26,984 nt of DNA from a virus (taxonomy: Duplodnaviria; Caudoviricetes), in the IMG/VR virus record IMGVR_UViG_3300027763_000202, positions 1-26,984 of that record. The stretch is one strand, 5' to 3'. How positions within the stretch are numbered: position 1 is the stretch's first letter; each line of letters starts with the position of its first letter. This document shows, in pieces, positions 1 to 7,447 of the stretch. The position numbers and the translations under genes were made by a program. The notes below the pieces were generated by a model. That model had not been told where the DNA came from and did no database searches. It worked only from the letters and a program-made list of their open reading frames with translations.

Positions 1-2035
1 TACGGCCACCGTCGGCCTTGCTCAAGTCGGGGTTATAGATGTCGTATGTGCCCTCGTTGCCCGTCGCGCTCTTCACAGCGTTGGGATTGTAGGACACCAC
101 CTCAGACAACTCGCCGTCACGGTACTGCATCAGCCCGTCATAGCCTGCGGCACGGGCGCGGGACTCAACCTGCTTGCCAATGTAGCCCTTGTCCTCATAA
201 GCCTTCTCAACCATGCGGAGGGCTTTGTCTTCATCCATCCCTAGCTTGGTCAACGCCTCAACCATCGGGTCGCCATGTGAGCCGTCAATGATCAGCGGGT
301 TCTTTATCTGGGCGTAGACGGGAAGCATATTGCCGCCCTCTTGGCCGGGGAGGACGTTGCCCGCCTGCCGGTTGCGCAAGAACTGCTGACCCGTGTCAGC
401 TTGGTAATCGCTGCGCAGCATCGCGGCAATCGCCTCATCGTTGGGCGAGCCGCTGTAGCCGCTTGCGTTGGCCGTGCTGGGCGTCAGGTACGTTCCAGAT
501 CCCAACGCACCATCCTTGCTAGGCTTGAGGCGGCGGATGGCCTCAACGCCTTTCCCGCCCTCAGTAGCGGTCGTGCCGTGATACAGGCGCATCGGCGCTT
601 TGCTCGGCTCAAGGAACTTCTGGAGATTGGCCGCAGCTTCAGGCGCGGGCAGCACGTTATCGTTAAACAGCATCTTGACGCCAGCCTTGACGCCTTTAAC
701 AATCCCACCGCCAGCCATGTGCTGATCAATCATGTCATTCAGGCGGTTGTCGAAGTGGTGTTGATCAATCAGCTTGCCCACCCTAGCATCGAAGTCATCG
801 ACGGATCCACCTTCTTCGCTGGCCTCTACGACCCCGCCATCCTTCTGTCCCGTTAACTTTTTGATGCGGTCGCGGTAGCGGTTGACGTCGTCGATGTATT
901 GGTCATCCACCAACTGGTGAGGGAAGACCTTCTGAATCGCCCCAGTAAAGTCAGATGGGCGTTGTGTCGTCGCGATGTGTTGCGCGGCGTCAGGAAAGCC
1001 AACTACAAAGGGCGTCAACACCTCTTGCGGGCCTTCAGCTTCGCCAAGGATGCGGTGGCTGTAAGTGTTGTGCGGGGTTCCTGCCGCCTCAACTTGAGCG
1101 CCGGGTTTTAGCTTGCCCGTCATCAGCCCGGTCATGTTGATTTCCATGTCGCGGAGGCGCGGCTCTGTAATAGCGTACTGGATGTCCAGCCCGTTCGGCA
1201 GTCCCAATGGCTGCGTCAGCGTTGGCGTCTTCATGCGGTTGTTAAACCACTTGCGCAGGGTGGTGTCGGTTTTCATCGCAGCAAGTGCGGCCTCTGGGTT
1301 GGCTATACCGGGCCAGTTCGGGAACCTCACGCGCTCACCCGTTATGGAGTCTTTGTACCCACCAGCAATGATGTTGTCGAATACGTTGAGTTTCTTTGGG
1401 TTAACATTTTGCCAATCAATCGCACGCAGGTTGGCGTCAGCAAAGTGCATGGCAAAGTTGTTGGACACCGGCCCCATCGCAAGGTGACTTCCAATGATGC
1501 GCTCAGGCTCAAACAGTTCCGACACGCGGTCAACCTTGCCCTGCACGTTTTTGGCGGGGCCAACGGTAGACTTCCAGAATTCTGGCTCAGGAAGGTGCTT
1601 CTGGCCCAATCCATAGTACGCACCGCCCTCCTGCACCGAGTCGATTGGAAGCCCGTTGACCTCCTCCAGCAACTTGTTGGACACAGTCTGGTCGCCGGGA
1701 AACGCTACCGTCACATCGCCCTTGCGCGGGGTGTACTGCACTTCCTTCGCCACCGTGCCAACGGGGGACAGCTTGTAGTCCAGCTTCTTGACCCGCTCGC
1801 TCTCCTTCATTGACCGCCCAGCAAGGTTCTTTGTGTCCTTGGGCTTTCCGCTAGTAACGTGTTCGCCAATCATCTGACGAGCCACGCGGTCAGCTTGCTG
1901 GTCAATGAAGTCAGGCGACAGACGGGCGCGAGGCAGAACCAAGGGCAACGCCTTGTCGCTCGGTGTCAATTCAGCGCGACGAGCCGCCTTGATTGTGCCC
2001 AAGCCACCTTTGATTATTTTGTCGAGTGCGCTCAT
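1..2035 (-). CDS. Large modular (polyvalent-type) phage protein with ART-PolyVal-like ADP-ribosyltransferase domain; 3'-truncated by window edge
   Basis: Hand translation: ATG at 2035, just after the terL stop, and the frame stays open to base 1 (>=678 codons; MSALDKIIKGGLG...NPDLSKADGGR). The distal ~230 aa contain RLYHGT, GALGSGTYLT, MLPVYAQIKNPLII, AGYDGL, ELSEVVSYNPNAVKSATGNEGTYD, the motif order of ART-PolyVal domains. Confidence 0.85.
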   Translation of the reverse strand, partial: MSALDKIIKGGLGTIKAARRAELTPSDKALPLVLPRARLSPDFIDQQADRVARQMIGEHVTSGKPKDTKNLAGRSMKESERVKKLDYKLSPVGTVAKEVQYTPRKGDVTVAFPGDQTVSNKLLEEVNGLPIDSVQEGGAYYGLGQKHLPEPEFWKSTVGPAKNVQGKVDRVSELFEPERIIGSHLAMGPVSNNFAMHFADANLRAIDWQNVNPKKLNVFDNIIAGGYKDSITGERVRFPNWPGIANPEAALAAMKTDTTLRKWFNNRMKTPTLTQPLGLPNGLDIQYAITEPRLRDMEINMTGLMTGKLKPGAQVEAAGTPHNTYSHRILGEAEGPQEVLTPFVVGFPDAAQHIATTQRPSDFTGAIQKVFPHQLVDDQYIDDVNRYRDRIKKLTGQKDGGVVEASEEGGSVDDFDARVGKLIDQHHFDNRLNDMIDQHMAGGGIVKGVKAGVKMLFNDNVLPAPEAAANLQKFLEPSKAPMRLYHGTTATEGGKGVEAIRRLKPSKDGALGSGTYLTPSTANASGYSGSPNDEAIAAMLRSDYQADTGQQFLRNRQAGNVLPGQEGGNMLPVYAQIKNPLIIDGSHGDPMVEALTKLGMDEDKALRMVEKAYEDKGYIGKQVESRARAAGYDGLMQYRDGELSEVVSYNPNAVKSATGNEGTYDIYNPDLSKADGGR

Positions 2036-2039
2036 GTCA

Positions 2040-3530
2040 TCACGCCGTGTAAGGGTTCTCCCGCTTCGGGCGGGTGTATTCGTAGTCCTCGTCATCATCA
2101 TAACGAGGCTCTGGATTGATGTCGAGAAAGCCCATGTCCTTCAGTAACCGAATCGCTTGCGTTGCGCTATCCACATAGTCGTCGTGCGTCGAGTCCGGGA
2201 ACGCGCAGATCTGCGACAGGAAGCCCTCGCACCAGTCCTTGACGAAGCCCTTCCTGACACTGCTCTCCGGAAGCCACACCCGCTTGGTCGCGAAGATCGA
2301 CGCCGTGATCTGGAGGCGCTGCATCTTGTCCGCGTGGCCGGGGTTGTATCCCCTGACAGGCAGGTGGGCCGCACGCAGTTCCTGAATCAGGGAGATCCCC
2401 GCCGCCTTGTCCTCGACCAGTATCAGGTCAGGGCGCTTGGCGTCCTTCCCCTCGCCATACGACACCTTCCACTCCTCCAGCACCTTGGGCTTGAGTTTGG
2501 GGAAGGACAGATGCTCAGCCCAGCAGTCGATGAGCAGCACGCTCATAGGCCCGTCCAGAGGCTTGTACGCGCCCCATGTCGTCATGGCCGTCGGGTCGTT
2601 GTACTCCTTGTCGCTGAAGGCGCAGTCGTAGGACTGGACGATGAAGTCGAAGCGCGGGAAGGGCTTGTCTGCTGGCCACAACTGGAACATCTCGCGGCTC
2701 ACCACCTTGCCGTCCTCCAGATCGACCAGTTGGCCCATCACCTCCTGCTCGTACAGCTTCGACCCCTTGTACTGCTCCAACTGCCGCTTGAAGGTCGGCG
2801 CAAGGTTGGCCGCGTTGTCGTGCGTGGTGGCGCGGTCGATCACCACATCGTCGCCTTCCCGCCCGACGAGGTCGAGGATCAGGTCTTTCGGTCTCGGCGT
2901 CGTAGTGACAATGACCCTCGGTTGCTTGCCTAGCCGCAGGCCCATCATCATCATGTCCCACGCCTCTCCGGGGCCAAGGTACTGGAAGGCCGCGAGTTCG
3001 TCCGCCCAGCACCAGTGGAACTGCGGCCCCCGCAGCCGCTCGTAGGCGTCGGCGCTGATCCCCCGGATGATGGATCCGTTGCTCAGCCTGATCTGGTGGT
3101 CTTGCTTGTTGTAGTCCACGACCAGATCCTTGGGGATGCAGGCCAGCAGGCCAGACTGCCCCTCAAAGCAGGTGTGCTTGATGTCGTTAGACGTCGGGGC
3201 CAGTACCAGTCCCCGCGTCTCCGGGTGCGTCCAGCACCACCACCACAAAGCCTCAGCAGCGCTGCGGGTCTTGCCCGCCCCCCGGCCTGCCAGCATCATC
3301 CAGATCAGGTAGTCCTGCTCAAGCGGCGGCGGGACTTGATAACGGTGGGCGGTCGCCAACCATTTGGTGTGCGCCAGTATCGCAAGGCGCGAGTGCAAGG
3401 GCTGGCTGTCGAACGCCTTTGCCATCTCCGCATCAAGGAACTGGCCTAAACCACTAGATGTAGTGTCAGTGTCGGTTAAAACCCGTGTTTTGGGAGACTT
3501 GCCACTACCGGTAGTGGTTTCAGCCAACAC
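2040..3530 (-). CDS. terL: Terminase large subunit (Terminase_6-type)
   Basis: Walker A AGRGAGKT, LRGPQF..WADELA (Walker B), VTTTP coupling motif, nuclease motifs SYDCA and HDDYVDS. Start uncertain (GTG 3530, TTG 3527 or ATG 3425). Confidence 0.97.
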   Translation of the reverse strand: MLAETTTGSGKSPKTRVLTDTDTTSSGLGQFLDAEMAKAFDSQPLHSRLAILAHTKWLATAHRYQVPPPLEQDYLIWMMLAGRGAGKTRSAAEALWWWCWTHPETRGLVLAPTSNDIKHTCFEGQSGLLACIPKDLVVDYNKQDHQIRLSNGSIIRGISADAYERLRGPQFHWCWADELAAFQYLGPGEAWDMMMMGLRLGKQPRVIVTTTPRPKDLILDLVGREGDDVVIDRATTHDNAANLAPTFKRQLEQYKGSKLYEQEVMGQLVDLEDGKVVSREMFQLWPADKPFPRFDFIVQSYDCAFSDKEYNDPTAMTTWGAYKPLDGPMSVLLIDCWAEHLSFPKLKPKVLEEWKVSYGEGKDAKRPDLILVEDKAAGISLIQELRAAHLPVRGYNPGHADKMQRLQITASIFATKRVWLPESSVRKGFVKDWCEGFLSQICAFPDSTHDDYVDSATQAIRLLKDMGFLDINPEPRYDDDEDYEYTRPKRENPYTA

Positions 3531-4128
3531 GCTTGGTCATTTCCATGTTGCGGATGAGGTCGAAAAGTGCTTCAGACCTTGCATCCGCCGTCAGGATTGG
3601 TGCCGCCCCGTCCACCCCGTGCAGGCCAACCCTGTCCCCGTACTTGCTGGGATGGAACTTGGCCAGCAGCTTCAGACGGGTCTCTACCTGCAAGCGGCGG
3701 GCGTTGACGTCGTCAGAACGCACCACAGAGCGCACCAGCGCCCCTGTAGCGGGGTTCTCAGCCTCAGTCACCCTCTCTGTCATCGTCTGCGTGTCCGCGA
3801 TGTACAGGCACTCCTCAGCGATGGCGTCGTAGCCAATATCCCTCGCACGCGAGATGGCTGCGGAAAGAGCGTCGTCGCGCCCCATCCAATCGTAAACCGT
3901 CCTCCACGCAGGGAAGCCTTCGTTCTCTCTACATATCTGTCTAAGTGGTATTCCCTCACTCAACTGCTCACAGATGATGCGTGCTATCTCAGGGTCGTAC
4001 TTTGAGGGGCGTCCAGTCTTCTTGGGCGCTACAGGGTTCTTTTTGGGCGCGAGGCTACCCTCGTTACCCTCTGCGGGCTTGGGTGTCTTGGCGGGCCTCT
4101 TAGGCGCGTCCTTGATGGTTTTCGGCAT
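3520..4128 (-). CDS. terS: Terminase small subunit (Sf6/P22-like N-terminal HTH)
   Basis: TGRPSKYDPEIARIICEQLSEGIPLRQIC...PAWRTVYDW and ARRLQVETRLKLLAKFHPSKYGD; immediately upstream of terL. Confidence 0.92.
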   Translation of the reverse strand: MPKTIKDAPKRPAKTPKPAEGNEGSLAPKKNPVAPKKTGRPSKYDPEIARIICEQLSEGIPLRQICRENEGFPAWRTVYDWMGRDDALSAAISRARDIGYDAIAEECLYIADTQTMTERVTEAENPATGALVRSVVRSDDVNARRLQVETRLKLLAKFHPSKYGDRVGLHGVDGAAPILTADARSEALFDLIRNMEMTKRVG

Positions 4129-4155
4129 TACCCGCAGTCCCTTGAGTAGGAAGGT

Positions 4156-4221
4156 GGGGGCTGCGCGTGATTGTCTAGATCAATCCCTCGCGTCGAGTCA
4201 AACGACTGCGATGCAGCCCCC
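4156..4221 (-). ncRNA. Putative structured 5' leader of terS (three-way junction)
   Basis: Perfect 9-bp closing stem GGGGGCTGC/GCAGCCCCC enclosing two hairpins (TCGC-AGTC/GACT..GCGA and GATTG/CAATC); intergenic, just downstream of a promoter-like site. Confidence 0.45.
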
Positions 4222-4229
4222 GAAATAGG

Positions 4230-4260
4230 ACTGTAGCACCTAGCGTGAGGTCGCGTGCAA
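4230..4260 (-). promoter_or_regulatory. Putative extended -10 promoter for the terminase/late operon
   Basis: TTGCAC-N19-TACAGT with TGn directly before the -10 hexamer. Confidence 0.5.
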
Positions 4261-4322
4261 CTATTTCACAACCGCACCCTTTTGTTGCTGTAACCGTTTC
4301 GGTTCAGGTTCGACGTCGCTTC

Positions 4323-4496
4323 TCACAACCTTCGGATTCTGGTCTGCTGGTAGTCCCGTTCGATCTGCTCCTTGCTGATTCCCAAATTGACGAACCGGGT
4401 GTGCTTTTGGTCTGGAGGTATCAGCTTCGGGGGGTAAAGCCATGACGGCATCGCGTCTGTGCTTAGCTGCATTTTAGATTGCTTTCTCTTTGGCAT
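4323..4496 (-). CDS. Hypothetical protein, 57 aa (MPKRKQSK...TRIRRL)
   Basis: Hand-called; AAGGA RBS upstream; below the ORF track size cutoff. Confidence 0.55.
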   Translation of the reverse strand: MPKRKQSKMQLSTDAMPSWLYPPKLIPPDQKHTRFVNLGISKEQIERDYQQTRIRRL

Positions 4497-4508
4497 TTCA
4501 GTTCCTTG

Positions 4509-4670
4509 TTATTTTCCCGTAATCCAACTCGGTTGCTTTCTTTCCAGACACGCTTGGCAGCGCCACGATTTGATCCTCCCGCCTCGACCCTTGGAAACTA
4601 GCTTCACGCCCTCAGTAATCTGGCATGACCCGCAGAGGCCCGGCTTCCTTTCTTTCGGTTCTTTATTCAT
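4509..4670 (-). CDS. Small zinc-ribbon protein
   Basis: CGSC...CQAC; ATG overlaps the upstream TAA (TAATG). Confidence 0.65.
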   Translation of the reverse strand: MNKEPKERKPGLCGSCQITEGVKLVSKGRGGRIKSWRCQACLERKQPSWITGK

Positions 4671-4813
4671 TACCATGCTCCCGTAAATATTCCAACCACG
4701 ACCACTCCCGCTCCGGTCAAGATTCCCTGCGCCCACATCCAAGTTTTCCACATGAGGAAGTCTTTCTCCGTGTACACGCAGCACTCGCCCTGCACTGCAT
4801 TTTTTTTAGTCAT
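4670..4813 (-). CDS. Small membrane protein, 47 aa
   Basis: C-terminal hydrophobic stretch WMWAQGILTGAGVVVVGIFTGAW; ATGA overlap with the upstream ORF. Confidence 0.55.
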   Translation of the reverse strand: MTKKNAVQGECCVYTEKDFLMWKTWMWAQGILTGAGVVVVGIFTGAW

Positions 4814-4893
4814 GTGAACAGAGAAAGATAACTTATGATTGTTAGGCACAGGACAAACATCAGCCACAACGCCCAATCGGGCCACGGGTTCAC
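4810..4893 (-). CDS. Membrane micropeptide, 27 aa (MNPWPDWALWLMFVLCLTIISYLSLFT)
   Basis: GTGA overlap at start, ATGA overlap at stop, GAGGGG RBS, single hydrophobic helix. Confidence 0.45.
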   Translation of the reverse strand: MNPWPDWALWLMFVLCLTIISYLSLFT

Positions 4894-4939
4894 TTGTCCC
4901 CCTCGCGTATGGGGGCGCTCTCGTTCAGGGTGGGGGCGC

Positions 4940-5191
4940 TCATACCGGAGTCACCGGCTGGCAGAACTTGCGGATCATGTCTTTGTAGCAAGTCATGCAG
5001 TAATCCCCCTCTAACTTGCCGCCATCCCACAAAGACACGCACCCGTTCTTGGTAACTCCGTGGATCGGGCAGTTGTACTCAAATGTCTGCACCATAGAAC
5101 CGCTCACGGCAAACGTGGGGTTCTTATCCAGAGTCGCAGCATCGGGGCGCTTTTGTTCGGGTTGGTCGTAAGGCCAGACGTTAGGTCTCAT
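4940..5191 (-). CDS. Hypothetical Zn-binding protein, 83 aa
   Basis: AGGAGA RBS before ATG 5191; CPIHG...CMTC. Confidence 0.65.
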   Translation of the reverse strand: MRPNVWPYDQPEQKRPDAATLDKNPTFAVSGSMVQTFEYNCPIHGVTKNGCVSLWDGGKLEGDYCMTCYKDMIRKFCQPVTPV

Positions 5192-5309
5192 GATTTCTCC
5201 TGTTGCTGTTGTGTGGTGTGGTGGCGCTTCCCATAACCGTACCCAATATAAAAACCCCAAAGCAGACAAAAAATCTGCGAGGTAAGGAGCGCCCAAAAGT
5301 TAAGATCGG

Positions 5310-5513
5310 TCAGCACTTGGGTTTCTCCCCTGCGTCATAAGACCGCTTCGTGAAGCCGCGCCATTCTATGTCCTGCTTCAATGACGGCCAGCCGATATCG
5401 TTGTTGTCCCAAGACGTCCCGATCCAAAAGTACCTGAGATTGCAGCATCTACATTCGTACCAGCCTTTTCGCACCGGCTTAGTGTCGGGCGGATACCACG
5501 GTGTAAGTTTCAT
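5310..5513 (-). CDS. Hypothetical phage protein
   Basis: MKLTPWYPPDTKPVRKGWYE...WRG, a typical small phage protein pattern; ATGA-coupled. Confidence 0.7.
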   Translation of the reverse strand: MKLTPWYPPDTKPVRKGWYECRCCNLRYFWIGTSWDNNDIGWPSLKQDIEWRGFTKRSYDAGEKPKC

Positions 5514-6100
5514 GGTTGCTCCCCTTTCATATCGCGGCTATCAAGGAACGATCCTAGCTTCTTGACCCACTCGCCCATATCCTCGCCCTGCTCGCCGCTT
5601 TCGACGTAGCGCCACTGGCTGTGCCGTCCATCGGAAAGATACTCACGCAACTCGCGCAGCATCGCCATCGCTCCTACTTCCACTGACAGCGATTTGATCG
5701 CGTTTTTAATGGTGTGAACGTGAAGCCTCCACCCCTTATCTTCGCAAGCGCCCAATGCGGCCCGAAGACGCATTATAAGTTCTGCTCTTTCGCCAATCGC
5801 TGCCGTTGCGGATCGCGCCGCGCCGCGCATTCCGTCGATCACATCATGCAGGTTTGCGATTGCTGTTTGGTGGACAATCAGCTTTTTCAGCAACACATCC
5901 TTTTCATGCTCGGCCCTCTCCGCCCTGCCCTTGTACTGCGGCAGGAGGCGCTGCTTGAGGTCGGCAAGTTCGGCAACAGCAGAGCAACTGCCCGGTGTCG
6001 GACAGCCCCTCGGCTCAACCGTTGCCCTGTGCTTGGCAATCAACTCTCTGTTCTCCTCTCGCCGCGTTAACCGCTCCCCTTCTTCGTCGTTATCCACCAT
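5510..6100 (-). CDS. Hypothetical coiled-coil protein
   Basis: Long heptad-like helical sequence with a CPTPGSC motif; start inferred at ATG 6100. Confidence 0.65.
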   Translation of the reverse strand: MVDNDEEGERLTRREENRELIAKHRATVEPRGCPTPGSCSAVAELADLKQRLLPQYKGRAERAEHEKDVLLKKLIVHQTAIANLHDVIDGMRGAARSATAAIGERAELIMRLRAALGACEDKGWRLHVHTIKNAIKSLSVEVGAMAMLRELREYLSDGRHSQWRYVESGEQGEDMGEWVKKLGSFLDSRDMKGEQP

Positions 6101-6320
6101 TCTTCTCCTCATCACCAATCTTCACAGACTCCAAAAACTCCGCCAACAAATAGACACAGGGCAATATCAAGTCGCGGCAGATCGAATCGTGTACATCAGA
6201 CTCAGTTTTGCCTACGGTTTGCGCGTAGATTTTCAACGCACCGAGTCGCTCGCTAACCAGCATATCAAGGTGGTCGAAGTCGAGACGTTTCACTTTTGCA
6301 ATGTTTTCGTATTCCATCAT
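6090..6320 (-). CDS. Hypothetical protein, 76 aa
   Basis: AAGGA RBS; coupled to neighbours. Confidence 0.6.
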   Translation of the reverse strand: MMEYENIAKVKRLDFDHLDMLVSERLGALKIYAQTVGKTESDVHDSICRDLILPCVYLLAEFLESVKIGDEEKNGG

Positions 6321-6451
6321 TTGTTCCTTTTTAAGGCACGATAAATGGTCGATAAAGCAATGCCCGCTTTCTTGGCGGCAGCGTAGGGAGTCATGCCTCG
6401 CGCAATTAATTTCAGCGCCTTGAGGGTGTCGCCTGAGATCTTTCCTGTCAT
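6317..6451 (-). CDS. Minimal helix-turn-helix DNA-binding protein, 44 aa
   Basis: GMTPYAAAKKAGIALSTIYRAL fits an HTH pattern. Confidence 0.75.
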   Translation of the reverse strand: MTGKISGDTLKALKLIARGMTPYAAAKKAGIALSTIYRALKRNK

Positions 6452-6452
6452 G

Positions 6453-6647
6453 TCAAGAATCCTTGGCAAGTGCGGCGCGGGCAGCAACAGCACGCCGTCC
6501 CAACTGGAACGCCCCGCTGCCGTCGTCGATGCATTGCAGGATTGACTGCAACGCCTCCCGCAGCCGTTCGATTTCGGAGCGCAGTCTGATAATTTCATCG
6601 CCCGCTTGGTTAATCGTTAATTCTGTTTTTTTGTGGACGCTGTTCAT
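6453..6647 (-). CDS. Hypothetical phage protein
   Basis: AAGGAG RBS; EIERLREAL...ARAAL pattern common in phage early genes. Confidence 0.7.
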   Translation of the reverse strand: MNSVHKKTELTINQAGDEIIRLRSEIERLREALQSILQCIDDGSGAFQLGRRAVAARAALAKDS

Positions 6648-6649
6648 AG

Positions 6650-6853
6650 TCAAATCTCCTTGGTAGTGAATGAGGTTTGCTCTTCAAGCCAGACCTTTGC
6701 GTCGCACTCGGATGCGCCGATCAAGCAGACCTTGCGGGATCCGATATAGCCATTCCAGTTGCCCCAGACGTTCTGCTTGATGCGCGGGGTGCCACGCAGG
6801 TTCGTGGGGTGGCGGTTGACCGCGTTGGCGACCTCTGGGAAGTTGAACTTCAT
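6650..6853 (-). CDS. Hypothetical protein, 67 aa
   Basis: ATGA-coupled; RIKQNVWGNWNGYIG core. Confidence 0.65.
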   Translation of the reverse strand: MKFNFPEVANAVNRHPTNLRGTPRIKQNVWGNWNGYIGSRKVCLIGASECDAKVWLEEQTSFTTKEI

Positions 6854-7074
6854 GACTTCTTTGCAATTACGTTGCGTTCTTTTTCGGTGAACCCGCGCCA
6901 CTCCAATACGTTCACGATGGTGCCGTGTTCACGCGACATTGATTTGTCATGCTTGCGAATCAGTCGCTTTGCTGCGGATATGCAGTCAGAGTAGTGAACA
7001 GTGCCGTCACCAAACATAACCAGCATATCGTCATCGCTATTGCATCCCTTCTCAATGATCGTTTTTGTTTGCAT
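6850..7074 (-). CDS. Hypothetical protein, 74 aa
   Basis: AGGAGA RBS before ATG 7074. Confidence 0.6.
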   Translation of the reverse strand: MQTKTIIEKGCNSDDDMLVMFGDGTVHYSDCISAAKRLIRKHDKSMSREHGTIVNVLEWRGFTEKERNVIAKKS

Positions 7075-7084
7075 GATCACTCTC

Positions 7085-7321
7085 CTAATTTGCTTGCTTG
7101 TTGCTGGGTTCAACAACGCACATATCCCACCCCTTGGAAACACCGTAACCTTCCTTAGTAAACCTGATCTCTTGATTGCAGCCGGTCTGGTACTTCACCC
7201 AGATGCTGTGTTCAGAGGTGCGTGTCACGATGGCATCAGTGCGCTCTGTAATTACGTTCCAAGTGTTGCCGCAATAAACAATCACTGCGAGATCGTTTGC
7301 TTTCAGGTCTTGAGTGTTCAT
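7085..7321 (-). CDS. Hypothetical protein, 78 aa
   Basis: AGGAGA RBS; first gene after promoter repeat A1. Confidence 0.7.
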   Translation of the reverse strand: MNTQDLKANDLAVIVYCGNTWNVITERTDAIVTRTSEHSIWVKYQTGCNQEIRFTKEGYGVSKGWDMCVVEPSNKQAN

Positions 7322-7324
7322 TTG

Positions 7325-7406
7325 GATCTCCTGTGCTGCGTTGGTATGAGTGAAGTATATAGCAAGTTGCTACACGCACAAGCGTTATTTTGACTGTATG
7401 ACATAT
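7325..7406 (-). promoter_or_regulatory. Promoter cassette A1 with palindromic operator
   Basis: TTGTGC-N16-TATACT; the spacer contains TAGCAA-N-TTGCTA (7360-7372); 29-nt core identical to 8248-8276. Confidence 0.75.
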
Positions 7407-7447
7407 CGAAACTTAGCCGCACCCCGTGGGGCGCAGGAGGCGGGGTA

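Noticed and set aside
1-2035. Portal protein, expected after terL
   Set aside because: No portal-like features recognised; the sequence instead contains ART motifs and modular linkers.
46-4005. Numerous plus-strand ORFs in the track
   Set aside because: They are antisense shadows of GC-rich minus-strand genes (polyvalent protein, terL, terS) with no recognisable motifs.
4156-4221. tRNA or intrinsic terminator upstream of terS
   Set aside because: No TTC T-loop, wrong arm layout, and no U-tract after the stem on either strand.
4261-4443. 60-aa ORF from the track
   Set aside because: An alternative frame (4323-4496) has a better RBS and follows the upstream gene closely.
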